DNA of 32,000 bases from contig JBMFJD010000001.1 in assembly GCA_049974095.1 (NCBI GenBank), positions 1 to 32,000 on the forward strand. The letters are read 5' to 3'. Under the pieces are notes generated by a model. It saw nothing but the letters and a program-made list of their open reading frames with translations. It did not search any database and had not been told where the DNA came from. A program made the position numbers and the translations under genes. This DNA is from Nanopusillaceae archaeon (GTDB taxonomy: Archaea > Nanobdellota > Nanobdellia > Nanobdellales > Nanobdellaceae). This document shows, piece after piece, positions 23,192 through 31,717 of the stretch. Numbering within the stretch: position 1 is the stretch's first letter; the number at the start of each line of letters is the position of its first letter.

Positions 23192-23835
23192 TGGACGTAG
23201 CATCTTTTATATATTTGTTATTTTCTGAATATGGAATATTTACAATTATTGCTCCTTTTCTTCTAATCTTTTCTCTTACTTATGGATTATTAAGAAAGAC
23301 AAACCTATTTGGAAAAGATAATCCTGCAAAAGAAAAATTATATGGAATAATAGCATTAGCAATATCTTTTTATTATATATATGATTTAGGCGGTGTAATA
23401 TTTACACAACACTTTTTATCATTCTTCTTCTTTGAAGTATTAGTCCTCTTCTTTATTTTAATGATAATTTCTCTATTTGGAATAATAAGTAAACCATATG
23501 AATCAAAAGATCCATTATATCAAAAGTATAAAAATACAGCATACAATTCATTGGTAGGTATACTTGGATTATTAGTATTATTTGCTTTTATGTATGCTTC
23601 TTCTCAATCTTTTAATTTATTTGGACAATCTTCAGCAAATATTCTATCTATGATACTTACAATTTTAATAAATACAGGTCTTTTACCAGTAATTATAATA
23701 ATTGGAATATTAATTGGAATAATATATTGGATAATACATCCAGGTTCGCCTAATACTAAAAAGAAAACAAAATATATTATTATTGGTGCAGGAGAATCCC
23801 CATATCAACTAGTAGAACAAATATCTAAAAAATAG
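23191..23835 (+). CDS. Polytopic membrane protein, paralogue 3 of 3
   Basis: ASFIYLLFSEYGIFTIIAPFLLIFSLTYGLLRKTNLFG and GIIYWIIHPGSPNTKKKTK share the family motifs. The start overlaps the upstream stop at a TAATG junction. Confidence 0.7.
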   Translation: MDVASFIYLLFSEYGIFTIIAPFLLIFSLTYGLLRKTNLFGKDNPAKEKLYGIIALAISFYYIYDLGGVIFTQHFLSFFFFEVLVLFFILMIISLFGIISKPYESKDPLYQKYKNTAYNSLVGILGLLVLFAFMYASSQSFNLFGQSSANILSMILTILINTGLLPVIIIIGILIGIIYWIIHPGSPNTKKKTKYIIIGAGESPYQLVEQISKK

Positions 23836-23852
23836 TATATAAAATATAATTT

Positions 23853-24959
23853 ATGGTTGTATTAGTAACAGAAGATAAGAAGATAAAAGATGTTGTAAAA
23901 TATATTGCACAGGGTGAAGATATCGTAGTAACAGATAATAAAGGAAAATTTTTAGGAATATTACAGAATGATAGAGCAATAAGATATTTATATAGACCAG
24001 AAACAAGTTTAAGTAAAATAATAGTAAAAATAAAGCCATTAAAAGGATATGATATAGTTGAAATAATTGAGAAATTAGTTAATTCAAATATGAGAGCTAC
24101 TTTTGTTAAAGAAGATGATAAAATAGAAGTAATAAATATATTTGACGTATTAAGAAATATTTTAGAAGATAAGAAAATTTTAGAAAAATTAGAAATTGAA
24201 GAAATAATGAATCCTGCTTATACAATTGAAGAAAAAGAAAGCATTAAAAAAGCAATTGGATTAATGAAAGATAAAGGTATATCTAGATTAATAGTAGTTA
24301 ATGAAAAAGGAGAAGCTGTTGGTATTTTATCTTTATCAGATATATTAAGATATTTATTGATTGAAAATAATGAAAGATTAAGATCTCCTGAAGGAAAAGA
24401 TCTTGATATAGAAATAAGATCTGTAATGAGTAATAAATTAATATTTGTAAATAAGGAAGAAAATATTGAAAACTTAATTAAATTATTAATTGATAATAAA
24501 ATATTTTCTATACCTGTATTAGAAAGAGGAAAACCAGTTGGAATTATTACAGCAAAAGATATGTTAGTTCATTATTTACAATATAAAAAAGAAAAAGAAT
24601 ATAATATTATTGTACATGGAATACCTTTAGATGAAATAGATAAAAAATATATTAGAAAAAAATATGAAGAATTCTATAAAAGATATAAAAATATATTAGG
24701 AGAGAATATAAGATTAATATTACATGTTAAAAAAATAAATGAAGATATAAAAAATAGAAAAATATATTATGAAATAAAAGCAAAGTTAATAAGCGATAAG
24801 GGAAAAATAAATGTTGATGATAATGGTTATGATTTCTATTCTACAGTAAAGGATATATTTGAAATATTAGCAAATGAAGCAGAAAAAATAAAACATAAAA
24901 ATGAGAGAGAATATATGCTGGAAAATATTTTTAAGAATGATGTAATACAATACATTTAA
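23853..24959 (+). CDS. CBS-domain protein (3-4 CBS motifs) with a roughly 110-aa C-terminal alpha/beta domain resembling HPF/RaiA
   Basis: CBS motifs include IMNPAYTIEEKESIKKAIGLMKDKGISRLIVVNEKGEAVGILSLSDILRYL and VMSNKLIFVNKEENIENLIKLLIDNKIFSIPVLERGKPVGIITAKDML. The C-terminal part is NIIVHGIPLDEIDKKYIRKKYEEFYKRY...IRLILHVKK...YYEIKAKLISDKGKINVDDNGYDFYSTVKDIFEILANEAEKIKHK. Confidence 0.75.
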   Translation: MVVLVTEDKKIKDVVKYIAQGEDIVVTDNKGKFLGILQNDRAIRYLYRPETSLSKIIVKIKPLKGYDIVEIIEKLVNSNMRATFVKEDDKIEVINIFDVLRNILEDKKILEKLEIEEIMNPAYTIEEKESIKKAIGLMKDKGISRLIVVNEKGEAVGILSLSDILRYLLIENNERLRSPEGKDLDIEIRSVMSNKLIFVNKEENIENLIKLLIDNKIFSIPVLERGKPVGIITAKDMLVHYLQYKKEKEYNIIVHGIPLDEIDKKYIRKKYEEFYKRYKNILGENIRLILHVKKINEDIKNRKIYYEIKAKLISDKGKINVDDNGYDFYSTVKDIFEILANEAEKIKHKNEREYMLENIFKNDVIQYI

Positions 24960-24960
24960 A

Positions 24961-25587
24961 ATGATAGTAATACCTGGCGATATTGTAAAGAATAAAGATG
25001 AAAATACTTATGAAAATAATGGAAAGTATTATTCAAAATATTTAGGATTGCTAGAAGAAAAGGGAGAAAAAATAAAAATAACAAGATTATTTGGTTATTA
25101 TATACCAAAATTAAATGATATAGTAATAGGAAAAGTTATTGATGTAACACCAATTGGTTGGCTAATAGATATAAATTCTCAATATTTAGGATATTTGTTA
25201 CTAAAAGATATGAATATAGAAAATATAGATCCAAATGACTTATATACATATGAAGATTATGTTCTATGTCAAATAATAAAAATAACAAAAAACAAAATAA
25301 TAAATTTAATAGCAAAGAAAAAAGAAAAATTAAATGATGGATTAATAATTGATGTAGATCCAATGAAAATACCTAGAATAATTGGAAAAAATTCTTCAAT
25401 GATAAATATGTTAAAGGAATTATTAAAAGTTGAAATAATTGTTGGGCAAAATGGAAGGATATATATTAATGGAGAAGAAACAAATGTATTAAGAACAGTA
25501 AATGCTATAAAATTTATTGAAGAAAATTCTTATAAAAAAGGCCTGACAGAAAAGGTTAAAGAAATGATTGAGAAAAATAAAATATGA
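24961..25587 (+). CDS. rrp4: Exosome RNA-binding subunit Rrp4 (S1 + KH)
   Basis: The S1 domain is PKLNDIVIGKVIDVTPIGWLIDINSQYLGYL. The KH domain is IPRIIGKNSSMINMLKELLKVEIIVGQNGRIYING. It sits immediately upstream of rrp41, the conserved archaeal order. Confidence 0.8.
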   Translation: MIVIPGDIVKNKDENTYENNGKYYSKYLGLLEEKGEKIKITRLFGYYIPKLNDIVIGKVIDVTPIGWLIDINSQYLGYLLLKDMNIENIDPNDLYTYEDYVLCQIIKITKNKIINLIAKKKEKLNDGLIIDVDPMKIPRIIGKNSSMINMLKELLKVEIIVGQNGRIYINGEETNVLRTVNAIKFIEENSYKKGLTEKVKEMIEKNKI

Positions 25588-26336
25588 CAAAAAGATTTGA
25601 CGGAAGGGAATATAATGAAATAAGAAAAATGAATATTAAGCTAAATGTAGTTGAGAATGCAAAGGGATCTGCTATATTTTCATTTGGAGATACTGTTGCA
25701 CTAGCTGCAGTATATGGACCAAAACCATCAAAAATGTCTGTAGATTATGATAAGGCATTTTTAAGGGTTAGATATAATATGTTAACATTCTCTGTACCTG
25801 AAAGAAAAAAGCCAACCCCAGGAAGAAGAGAAATTGAATTATCTGAAGTAATAAAAAGAGCTTTAGAACCTGCACTGTTTTTAGATGAATTACCTGGAAG
25901 TATTATTGATATATATGTAGAAATATTAAATGCCAATGCAGGAACAAGAACTGCAAGTATTAATGCCGCTTCATTAGCATTAGCATTAGCTGGAGTTCCA
26001 ATGAAAGATTTAGTTACTGCTGTTGCAGTTGGAAAAATTGGAGAAAAAATTGTAATAGATTTAAATAAAGATGAAGAAGATTATGATTCTGAAAAATTAA
26101 AAAATGATAAGGAAAAGAAGAAATATATAAGTTATTATGGGGAAGGAAGAGCTACAGATATTCCTGTTGCTATAATTCCAGATGAAAAAAAAATTACTTC
26201 TATTCAATTAGATGGAGAAATAACAAAAGATGAATTAAAAGATGCTTTAAATCTTGCCTTAGAAAAATCTTTAGAAATAAAAGAAATAATGAAAAAAAGT
26301 TTACTAAACAATTTTTCTATTACCAAACTTAAGTGA
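25584..26336 (+). CDS. rrp41: Exosome catalytic subunit Rrp41 (RNase PH domain)
   Basis: Recognised from RFDGREYNEIRKMNIKLNVVENAKGSAIFSFGDTVALAAVYGPK, NAGTRTASINAASLALALAGVPMKDLV and DLNKDEED...GEGRATDIPVA. Confidence 0.9.
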   Translation: MTKRFDGREYNEIRKMNIKLNVVENAKGSAIFSFGDTVALAAVYGPKPSKMSVDYDKAFLRVRYNMLTFSVPERKKPTPGRREIELSEVIKRALEPALFLDELPGSIIDIYVEILNANAGTRTASINAASLALALAGVPMKDLVTAVAVGKIGEKIVIDLNKDEEDYDSEKLKNDKEKKKYISYYGEGRATDIPVAIIPDEKKITSIQLDGEITKDELKDALNLALEKSLEIKEIMKKSLLNNFSITKLK

Positions 26337-26371
26337 TAAAATTTATAAATTACAAAGTACTTTTTTGAAAA

Positions 26372-27451
26372 ATGGATAAAAAAAGATTTATATTATCTTC
26401 TCTATTAGGTATAGGAATTACCAATATTCTTTCAAATATAGTACATTCGCAAACAAGTAATTATGGAATATATAATGGCTTAGGTTCTTCTTTACAAACA
26501 GGTTTTGGATCATCATTATATGAATTAGCTTCAATTTTGCCACCTCAATATAATACTGCTGCTACACAAATAGGGTTGCCAGCATATACAGGAGCGATAA
26601 TTTTAGCTACTGTTATGTTTTTATTATTCTTTGCAGTATATTATATAATAACCAGTTCTTTTACATCAAAAGTAGGAATTTCTGGAAATACATCTGTAGA
26701 AAGAGCAATAATAATATTTATAATAGCTTTAGCAATATTGTCAGTATTCTTAATTGGTCCATTTTTAGCATATATGTTAGTAGCATTTGGATTAATATCA
26801 GTTGCCGCTTTTGTCTTTTTTGCAATAGCTATTATTATAATGACTACGTGGTTTAAAGGAAAGACTTATTATCATCAATTAAAAGTAGAACATGTGGGTG
26901 CCAAAAAATTACACTATAAACAATATGATGAAGAATTAATAAAAGGAGTGAAAGCTAAAGCGGAAGTAGAAAAATATGAAAGAGAGTTAAAAGCAAGTAA
27001 TAAAACTAAAGAAATTTTGAAATTATTAAAGAAAATATTACCAGGAACTGCCAGGACAAGTCCTTTAAAATTAATCGAAAAAAGAATTAATAATTTAAAT
27101 AAAGAATTTAAAAGATTTATAAACAAAAGATATCCAAATGAATTAATAAAAATTCTAGATAATCAAAAACTATCACCAGCAGAAAAATCACAAAGAATTC
27201 TAAGTATATATCATCAAATAGCTCATGATCATGCTAGAATTAAACATGAAATTGAATCTATTCTAAATTATCTTAACAATTTATTAAATACTAGTAATAT
27301 TAGATCACCTAAATTTCATTCGTTAATAATTAGATTAGAAGCAGATATAAAAAATAGATTTAATGGAATAACCATAGAAATAAACAAAGTTATAGATCAC
27401 ATAAATCAACAGTTACATCTTAATTTACAGCATTTTGGCATAATTAAATAA
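26372..27451 (+). CDS. Membrane protein with signal peptide, about 3 TM helices and a long cytoplasmic coiled-coil tail; function unknown
   Basis: The N-terminus is MDKKRFILSSLLGIGITNILSNIVHSQ. Hydrophobic segments include GAIILATVMFLLFFAVYYII, IIIFIIALAILSVFLIGPFLAYMLVAFGLISVAAFVFFAIAIIIM. A K/E/N-rich helical region of about 190 aa follows. Confidence 0.55.
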   Translation: MDKKRFILSSLLGIGITNILSNIVHSQTSNYGIYNGLGSSLQTGFGSSLYELASILPPQYNTAATQIGLPAYTGAIILATVMFLLFFAVYYIITSSFTSKVGISGNTSVERAIIIFIIALAILSVFLIGPFLAYMLVAFGLISVAAFVFFAIAIIIMTTWFKGKTYYHQLKVEHVGAKKLHYKQYDEELIKGVKAKAEVEKYERELKASNKTKEILKLLKKILPGTARTSPLKLIEKRINNLNKEFKRFINKRYPNELIKILDNQKLSPAEKSQRILSIYHQIAHDHARIKHEIESILNYLNNLLNTSNIRSPKFHSLIIRLEADIKNRFNGITIEINKVIDHINQQLHLNLQHFGIIK

Positions 27452-27652
27452 ATTTTATATAAGCAACTTCTAATTTTTTATTATTTTATTTTTTAATTTA
27501 ATATTATATTTATCTCAACAATATAACCATATCATACTAACAAATATTTTGCTTATGAACTAATAGAATAAAACTTATACAAAAAAGTAATCTAAAATAA
27601 TAAATATTGATCTATCAAACATAAGGAAAAGGAATATTTTAAGATTGAGATC

Positions 27653-28816
27653 TTATTCTTCTATAAATTTTTTTATTGCCAAACTTTCTGCATAATCATC
27701 AATATCTAATGTTATAATATATCCAATAGAAACTTCATGCAAGCTATGTCCTGCTCTTCCAATTCTTTGTATTAACCTTATAATTTGTCTAGGAGAATTA
27801 TATTGAACTACTGCATCAACATATCCTATATCAATTCCCAATTCTAATGAGGATGTTGCAACAATTGCTTTTAATTTTCCTTCTTTAAATAATTTTTCAT
27901 TTCTTTCTCTTACTTCTTTTGATAAAGAACTATGATGTATTTCTATTGGATAATTTGGTATCCACATTTTAAATCTTGAAACCAATAATTCTGCCATTTC
28001 TCTAGTATTTACAAATATTAATACAGATCTATGTTTATCTATTATTTCCTTCATTTTCCTTAAACTCCATGCAATTTTTGGACTCCAATTAAATCTTTTT
28101 GCTAATTCTAAATCTTCATTAGTTATTTGAGGATAAAATATTTCTACATGATATCTCTTTTCTGCATACCAATATGCAATATCAAAATTTCTATATCCAA
28201 ATAAAAACTTGCCCGCTTCTTCTAAATCTCCAATAGTTGCAGATAACCCAATCCTCTGAAATTCTCCAGAATAATTTACCAATCTTTCTAATCCTAAAGA
28301 TAATTGTATCCCTCTTTTTTCGTTCAATAATTCATGTACTTCATCAACAATTACAAATCTAACAGTTTTTAATTGTTCTCTTAATCTTTTTCCTAAAAAT
28401 AATATCTGAAATGTTTCTGGTGTTGTAATTAAAAATTCTACAGGTTTTCTTGATAATTTTTCCCTTTCTCTTACATCTGTATCTCCATGTCTAACTGCAG
28501 TTGTTATATTTAAATTATCACACCACCATTTTATTCTATCTAATAAATCTCTATTTAATGCCCTCAATGGTGTTATATATATTCCTAATAGTTTATTTTC
28601 AATTCCTTCCTTTTCTTTTATATCTAATATCTTTGAAAATATTGGTAAAATTGCTGCTTCTGTTTTTCCAGAACCTGTAGGAGCAACTATTAATGTATTT
28701 TTTCCTTCTAAAATTTTTGGTATTGCAATTTCTTGTATTGGATTGAAATCTGAGAATTTTGAATAAAACAAATCCAATATTTCTTTCCTTAATTTAATAT
28801 CTTTTTTTCTATTCAC
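27653..28816 (-). CDS. Lhr-like DEAD/DEAH-box helicase, RecA1+RecA2 core only
   Basis: The start codon is GTG. Helicase motifs are FNPIQEIAIP (Q), APTGSGKTEA (I), VDEVHEL (II), SAT (III) and QRIGRAGHS (VI). The protein ends about 25 aa after motif VI, whereas Lhr-type helicases usually continue with winged-helix and domain 4 to about 850-900 aa. Confidence 0.8.
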   Translation of the reverse strand: MNRKKDIKLRKEILDLFYSKFSDFNPIQEIAIPKILEGKNTLIVAPTGSGKTEAAILPIFSKILDIKEKEGIENKLLGIYITPLRALNRDLLDRIKWWCDNLNITTAVRHGDTDVREREKLSRKPVEFLITTPETFQILFLGKRLREQLKTVRFVIVDEVHELLNEKRGIQLSLGLERLVNYSGEFQRIGLSATIGDLEEAGKFLFGYRNFDIAYWYAEKRYHVEIFYPQITNEDLELAKRFNWSPKIAWSLRKMKEIIDKHRSVLIFVNTREMAELLVSRFKMWIPNYPIEIHHSSLSKEVRERNEKLFKEGKLKAIVATSSLELGIDIGYVDAVVQYNSPRQIIRLIQRIGRAGHSLHEVSIGYIITLDIDDYAESLAIKKFIEE

Positions 28817-28946
28817 TAAATAATATTATAGAAAAATAAACTTAAATATAATAGATAATTTTATATATTACGAAACTTTTTCTTTTTTATCAATCTTAAT
28901 AATATATTAAACAAATAACTAAAAAATAAGGAATGCTAAAAATAAA

Positions 28947-29615
28947 TTATAATTCTTTTTCTTCAATTAGTATCCCATCAAGAGTATAAACTTCATATTT
29001 TTTAATATTTTTTGCAATTGGACCTTGAAATTCTCCGACTTCCCATAAACCAGATAAATCTGAAAATGTGGGTAAAAAAATAACTGTTTTATTATCTTTA
29101 TATCCAATAACGAATACTTTTTCATATATTACTTCCCCTATATTTGTTATAATTTTCTTTGCAAAATGATGATGACCAATTGCATAATATTTCCCCTCTA
29201 ATTTCGTTTTTAAGTGACCATGCGTAAATACTACATTTTTTATTTTTAATGCTTTCAATACTTTAACATTTTTTATCCCATATGGAATTAATTCTTCAAT
29301 ATCTCCATCATGATTACCTTTAATAATAAATATTTTATTAAAATCTTCAGATATTTCATTTAAAAATATTGGAATATCTGATAATTCTTGAAAAGATGTT
29401 TTTGGAATATTATGTTTCAAATCTCCATCAATTATTAAATATTTTGCATTAAATTTCTCCTTTATTTTCCTTATCTTATTTAATATATAATCTGTTTGAG
29501 ATGGTATATTTATACCCTTCATTGATAATTCTTTCTCTATTCCTAAATGTAGATCAGAAATTACTAAAATCTTATTAAAAAATATTAAACCTTCTGTTCC
29601 AGTAAATTTTATCAT
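28947..29615 (-). CDS. Calcineurin-like metallophosphoesterase (MJ0037/SbcD-related archaeal type, commonly Lhr-associated)
   Basis: The metallophosphoesterase motifs are ISDLHLG, DGDLKHN, GNHD, THGH and GHHH. Confidence 0.8.
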   Translation of the reverse strand: MIKFTGTEGLIFFNKILVISDLHLGIEKELSMKGINIPSQTDYILNKIRKIKEKFNAKYLIIDGDLKHNIPKTSFQELSDIPIFLNEISEDFNKIFIIKGNHDGDIEELIPYGIKNVKVLKALKIKNVVFTHGHLKTKLEGKYYAIGHHHFAKKIITNIGEVIYEKVFVIGYKDNKTVIFLPTFSDLSGLWEVGEFQGPIAKNIKKYEVYTLDGILIEEKEL

Positions 29616-29962
29616 TTAGATACTTCAAACAAAATTTTTCTAATTTGATTTATATCTTTTGCATTTTTTAATTTTTCTCTTATTTCTTTTACTTTATTTA
29701 TATCATCAATTAATATTACCATATCTCCAATTGCTTGTCCAGGTAATCCTTTATTAAATCTTATTCTAACATTTCCTTTATTTCCATGTATATCAACTAT
29801 TTTTCCGATAAATATTTTCTTTCCAGGACTTACCCATAAAACATTTTTTCCCAGTAATTTTATTGCACTATTTTTATCTTCTATTCCCTCAAATTTTACT
29901 ATTAACTGATTTTGATATATTTTATGTCTTCCCATCCTATAATTTATTATTATTCCTTTCAT
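29612..29962 (-). CDS. rpl35ae: Ribosomal protein L35Ae (eL33) with a roughly 30-aa C-terminal extension
   Basis: MKGIIINYRMGRHKIYQNQLIVKFEGIEDKNSAIKLLGKNVLW...GKIVDIHGNKGNVRIRFNKGLPGQAIGDMV matches the L35Ae pattern. The track start at 29980 is a TTG, so I used the ATG at complement of 29960-29962. The stop overlaps the downstream start at an ATGA junction. Confidence 0.85.
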   Translation of the reverse strand: MKGIIINYRMGRHKIYQNQLIVKFEGIEDKNSAIKLLGKNVLWVSPGKKIFIGKIVDIHGNKGNVRIRFNKGLPGQAIGDMVILIDDINKVKEIREKLKNAKDINQIRKILFEVSK

Positions 29963-29963
29963 C

Positions 29964-31694
29964 TTATTTTGATATTGCAAAATCTTTAAATATTTTACTT
30001 AATGTATTCATTATATTATTATCAATGTATTCAACTCCTTCTTTACTTAATTCCTTTATCATTTCTTCTTTATAATTTATATCATTCATTGTTCCAATTT
30101 TATTTCCATTATAATCATATATTTCAATTCCCTCATCTTTAACTATATATATTTTGCTTTTATTTAAATATATATCGTATGATTTATTTTTCTCTTTATC
30201 AATTATTGTATATTTATATTTCATAATTATTTCTTCTTTCTTATCTTCAATCAAATTTCTTATAAATCTTGTATAATATAATATTTCTTCTTTAAATTTT
30301 TCCATTTCAATTAAATCAAACTGTTTGTTTTTATATTTCTGTATATTATCCTCTAGTTCCTTTATTCCATTTAATTCTACAGATATATTCTTTTCTATAT
30401 AATTTAATAATTCCTCATTAAATAATTCTTTAAATTTATTCTTTAATGTTTCATAAATCATTAAATAATTATCTATTATTTTCTTTTCATTTTCTTTATC
30501 AATTATTTGTTTTAAATTTTTCATTTCAGAAATAAATTTATCTGCTTTTTCAAATACTTTCATTAAATCTTCGTATTTATATTCATTTACTAAACCATGT
30601 TCAAAATCTTTTCTCATTTTCCATACTTCTTCCAAATCATTTACATATTTATTATCTAATAATCCTCTTTCAACAAATAATTTTCTTAACATTTCTGGTG
30701 TTTCTTTTGGATCTCCAGGTAATAAACCATAATCCATTATAACAGATTGGCCTACAGTTATCATTGCAACTGCAAGATCTTCAATAATTAAATTATTTAT
30801 TGTATTCTTTAATTTTTCTCTAGCTTCCTTTATTGCTGTCTCTGCAGCATTTATATATTTTTCAGAAGCTTCTTGAGATGGCTTTATTATTCCTTTTAAT
30901 AATAATTGCTTCCATGCAATAAACATTCCTCTATCATATAACGCAATCCCATCTCTTAAAAAAGTAATTATTACAGGATTTGATTCTGATAATGATAACC
31001 AATATTCTGTTAATGTATAAACTTGTGGATGTAATATTTTTTTAGATCCTGTTATCAATTTTGCCTCCATAGCTTTTTCAGTTATTATACTAATTAATTT
31101 TGCTTTTAATTCTTCAAATGTATGCTGTTTTACATCCGTATCATCTATTACAACATATACATCTATATCAGAAGATTCTATACTTCTTCCCTTAACTTGA
31201 GATCCTGCTAATACATATGCAACTACATATCTTTGCAATAAATCAATTATTAATTTTTTATGAACAGATGTTAACTTTATTATTTCAATAAAACCTTTAT
31301 CATATAAAACATTTCCTAAGGATAATAAATCAATTAACTCAAATCTTGAATCCATAGAAATTCCTTTTATATCTTCTATTAATAATACATGTAACCATAT
31401 ATCCATCTTATTATTCTTAATTATTTCCAAATATTTTGTTATAAAATCTGTTTTTAATTTTATTTTTTCATCAGGTTTTAAATCAAAATCAGATATAACA
31501 ACAACCCAATGTTTATATGTTTCTATTTCTCTTTTAAATTTTTCAAAAATATCTTCACTTACTATTACATTGCTATAATTCATTAATCCTTTTAATAATT
31601 CTAATATATTTTGATCTTTTTCTTTAAATTCTACTATTGATAATATTCTATCTCTATATTCACTATTTAATATCTCATCTTTTAGATTATCCAT
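29964..31694 (-). CDS. Large fusion protein with a polymerase-beta-type nucleotidyltransferase domain and a HEPN-like domain; function unknown
   Basis: The nucleotidyltransferase motif is LAGSQVKGRSIESSDIDVYVVIDD (G164-S165...D176-x-D178). It is preceded by an NTase-like segment lacking the GS/DxD motifs (HWVVVISDFDL...). The helical domain carries R-x4-H (WKMRKDFEHG, R361-H366). A C-terminal region of about 190 aa is coiled coil followed by a beta-rich stretch. Confidence 0.55.
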   Translation of the reverse strand: MDNLKDEILNSEYRDRILSIVEFKEKDQNILELLKGLMNYSNVIVSEDIFEKFKREIETYKHWVVVISDFDLKPDEKIKLKTDFITKYLEIIKNNKMDIWLHVLLIEDIKGISMDSRFELIDLLSLGNVLYDKGFIEIIKLTSVHKKLIIDLLQRYVVAYVLAGSQVKGRSIESSDIDVYVVIDDTDVKQHTFEELKAKLISIITEKAMEAKLITGSKKILHPQVYTLTEYWLSLSESNPVIITFLRDGIALYDRGMFIAWKQLLLKGIIKPSQEASEKYINAAETAIKEAREKLKNTINNLIIEDLAVAMITVGQSVIMDYGLLPGDPKETPEMLRKLFVERGLLDNKYVNDLEEVWKMRKDFEHGLVNEYKYEDLMKVFEKADKFISEMKNLKQIIDKENEKKIIDNYLMIYETLKNKFKELFNEELLNYIEKNISVELNGIKELEDNIQKYKNKQFDLIEMEKFKEEILYYTRFIRNLIEDKKEEIIMKYKYTIIDKEKNKSYDIYLNKSKIYIVKDEGIEIYDYNGNKIGTMNDINYKEEMIKELSKEGVEYIDNNIMNTLSKIFKDFAISK

Positions 31695-31717
31695 TTATAT
31701 AAAATCATTATAAATAT

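Noticed and set aside
27452-27652. The longest non-coding gaps (27452-27652, 1520-1689 and 28817-28946) inspected for small RNAs, ORFs or repeats.
   Set aside because: They are uniformly AT-rich with no GC island. I found no C/D or H/ACA box arrangement with correct spacing, no inverted repeats of note and no plausible ORF. They are probably just promoter and termination regions.
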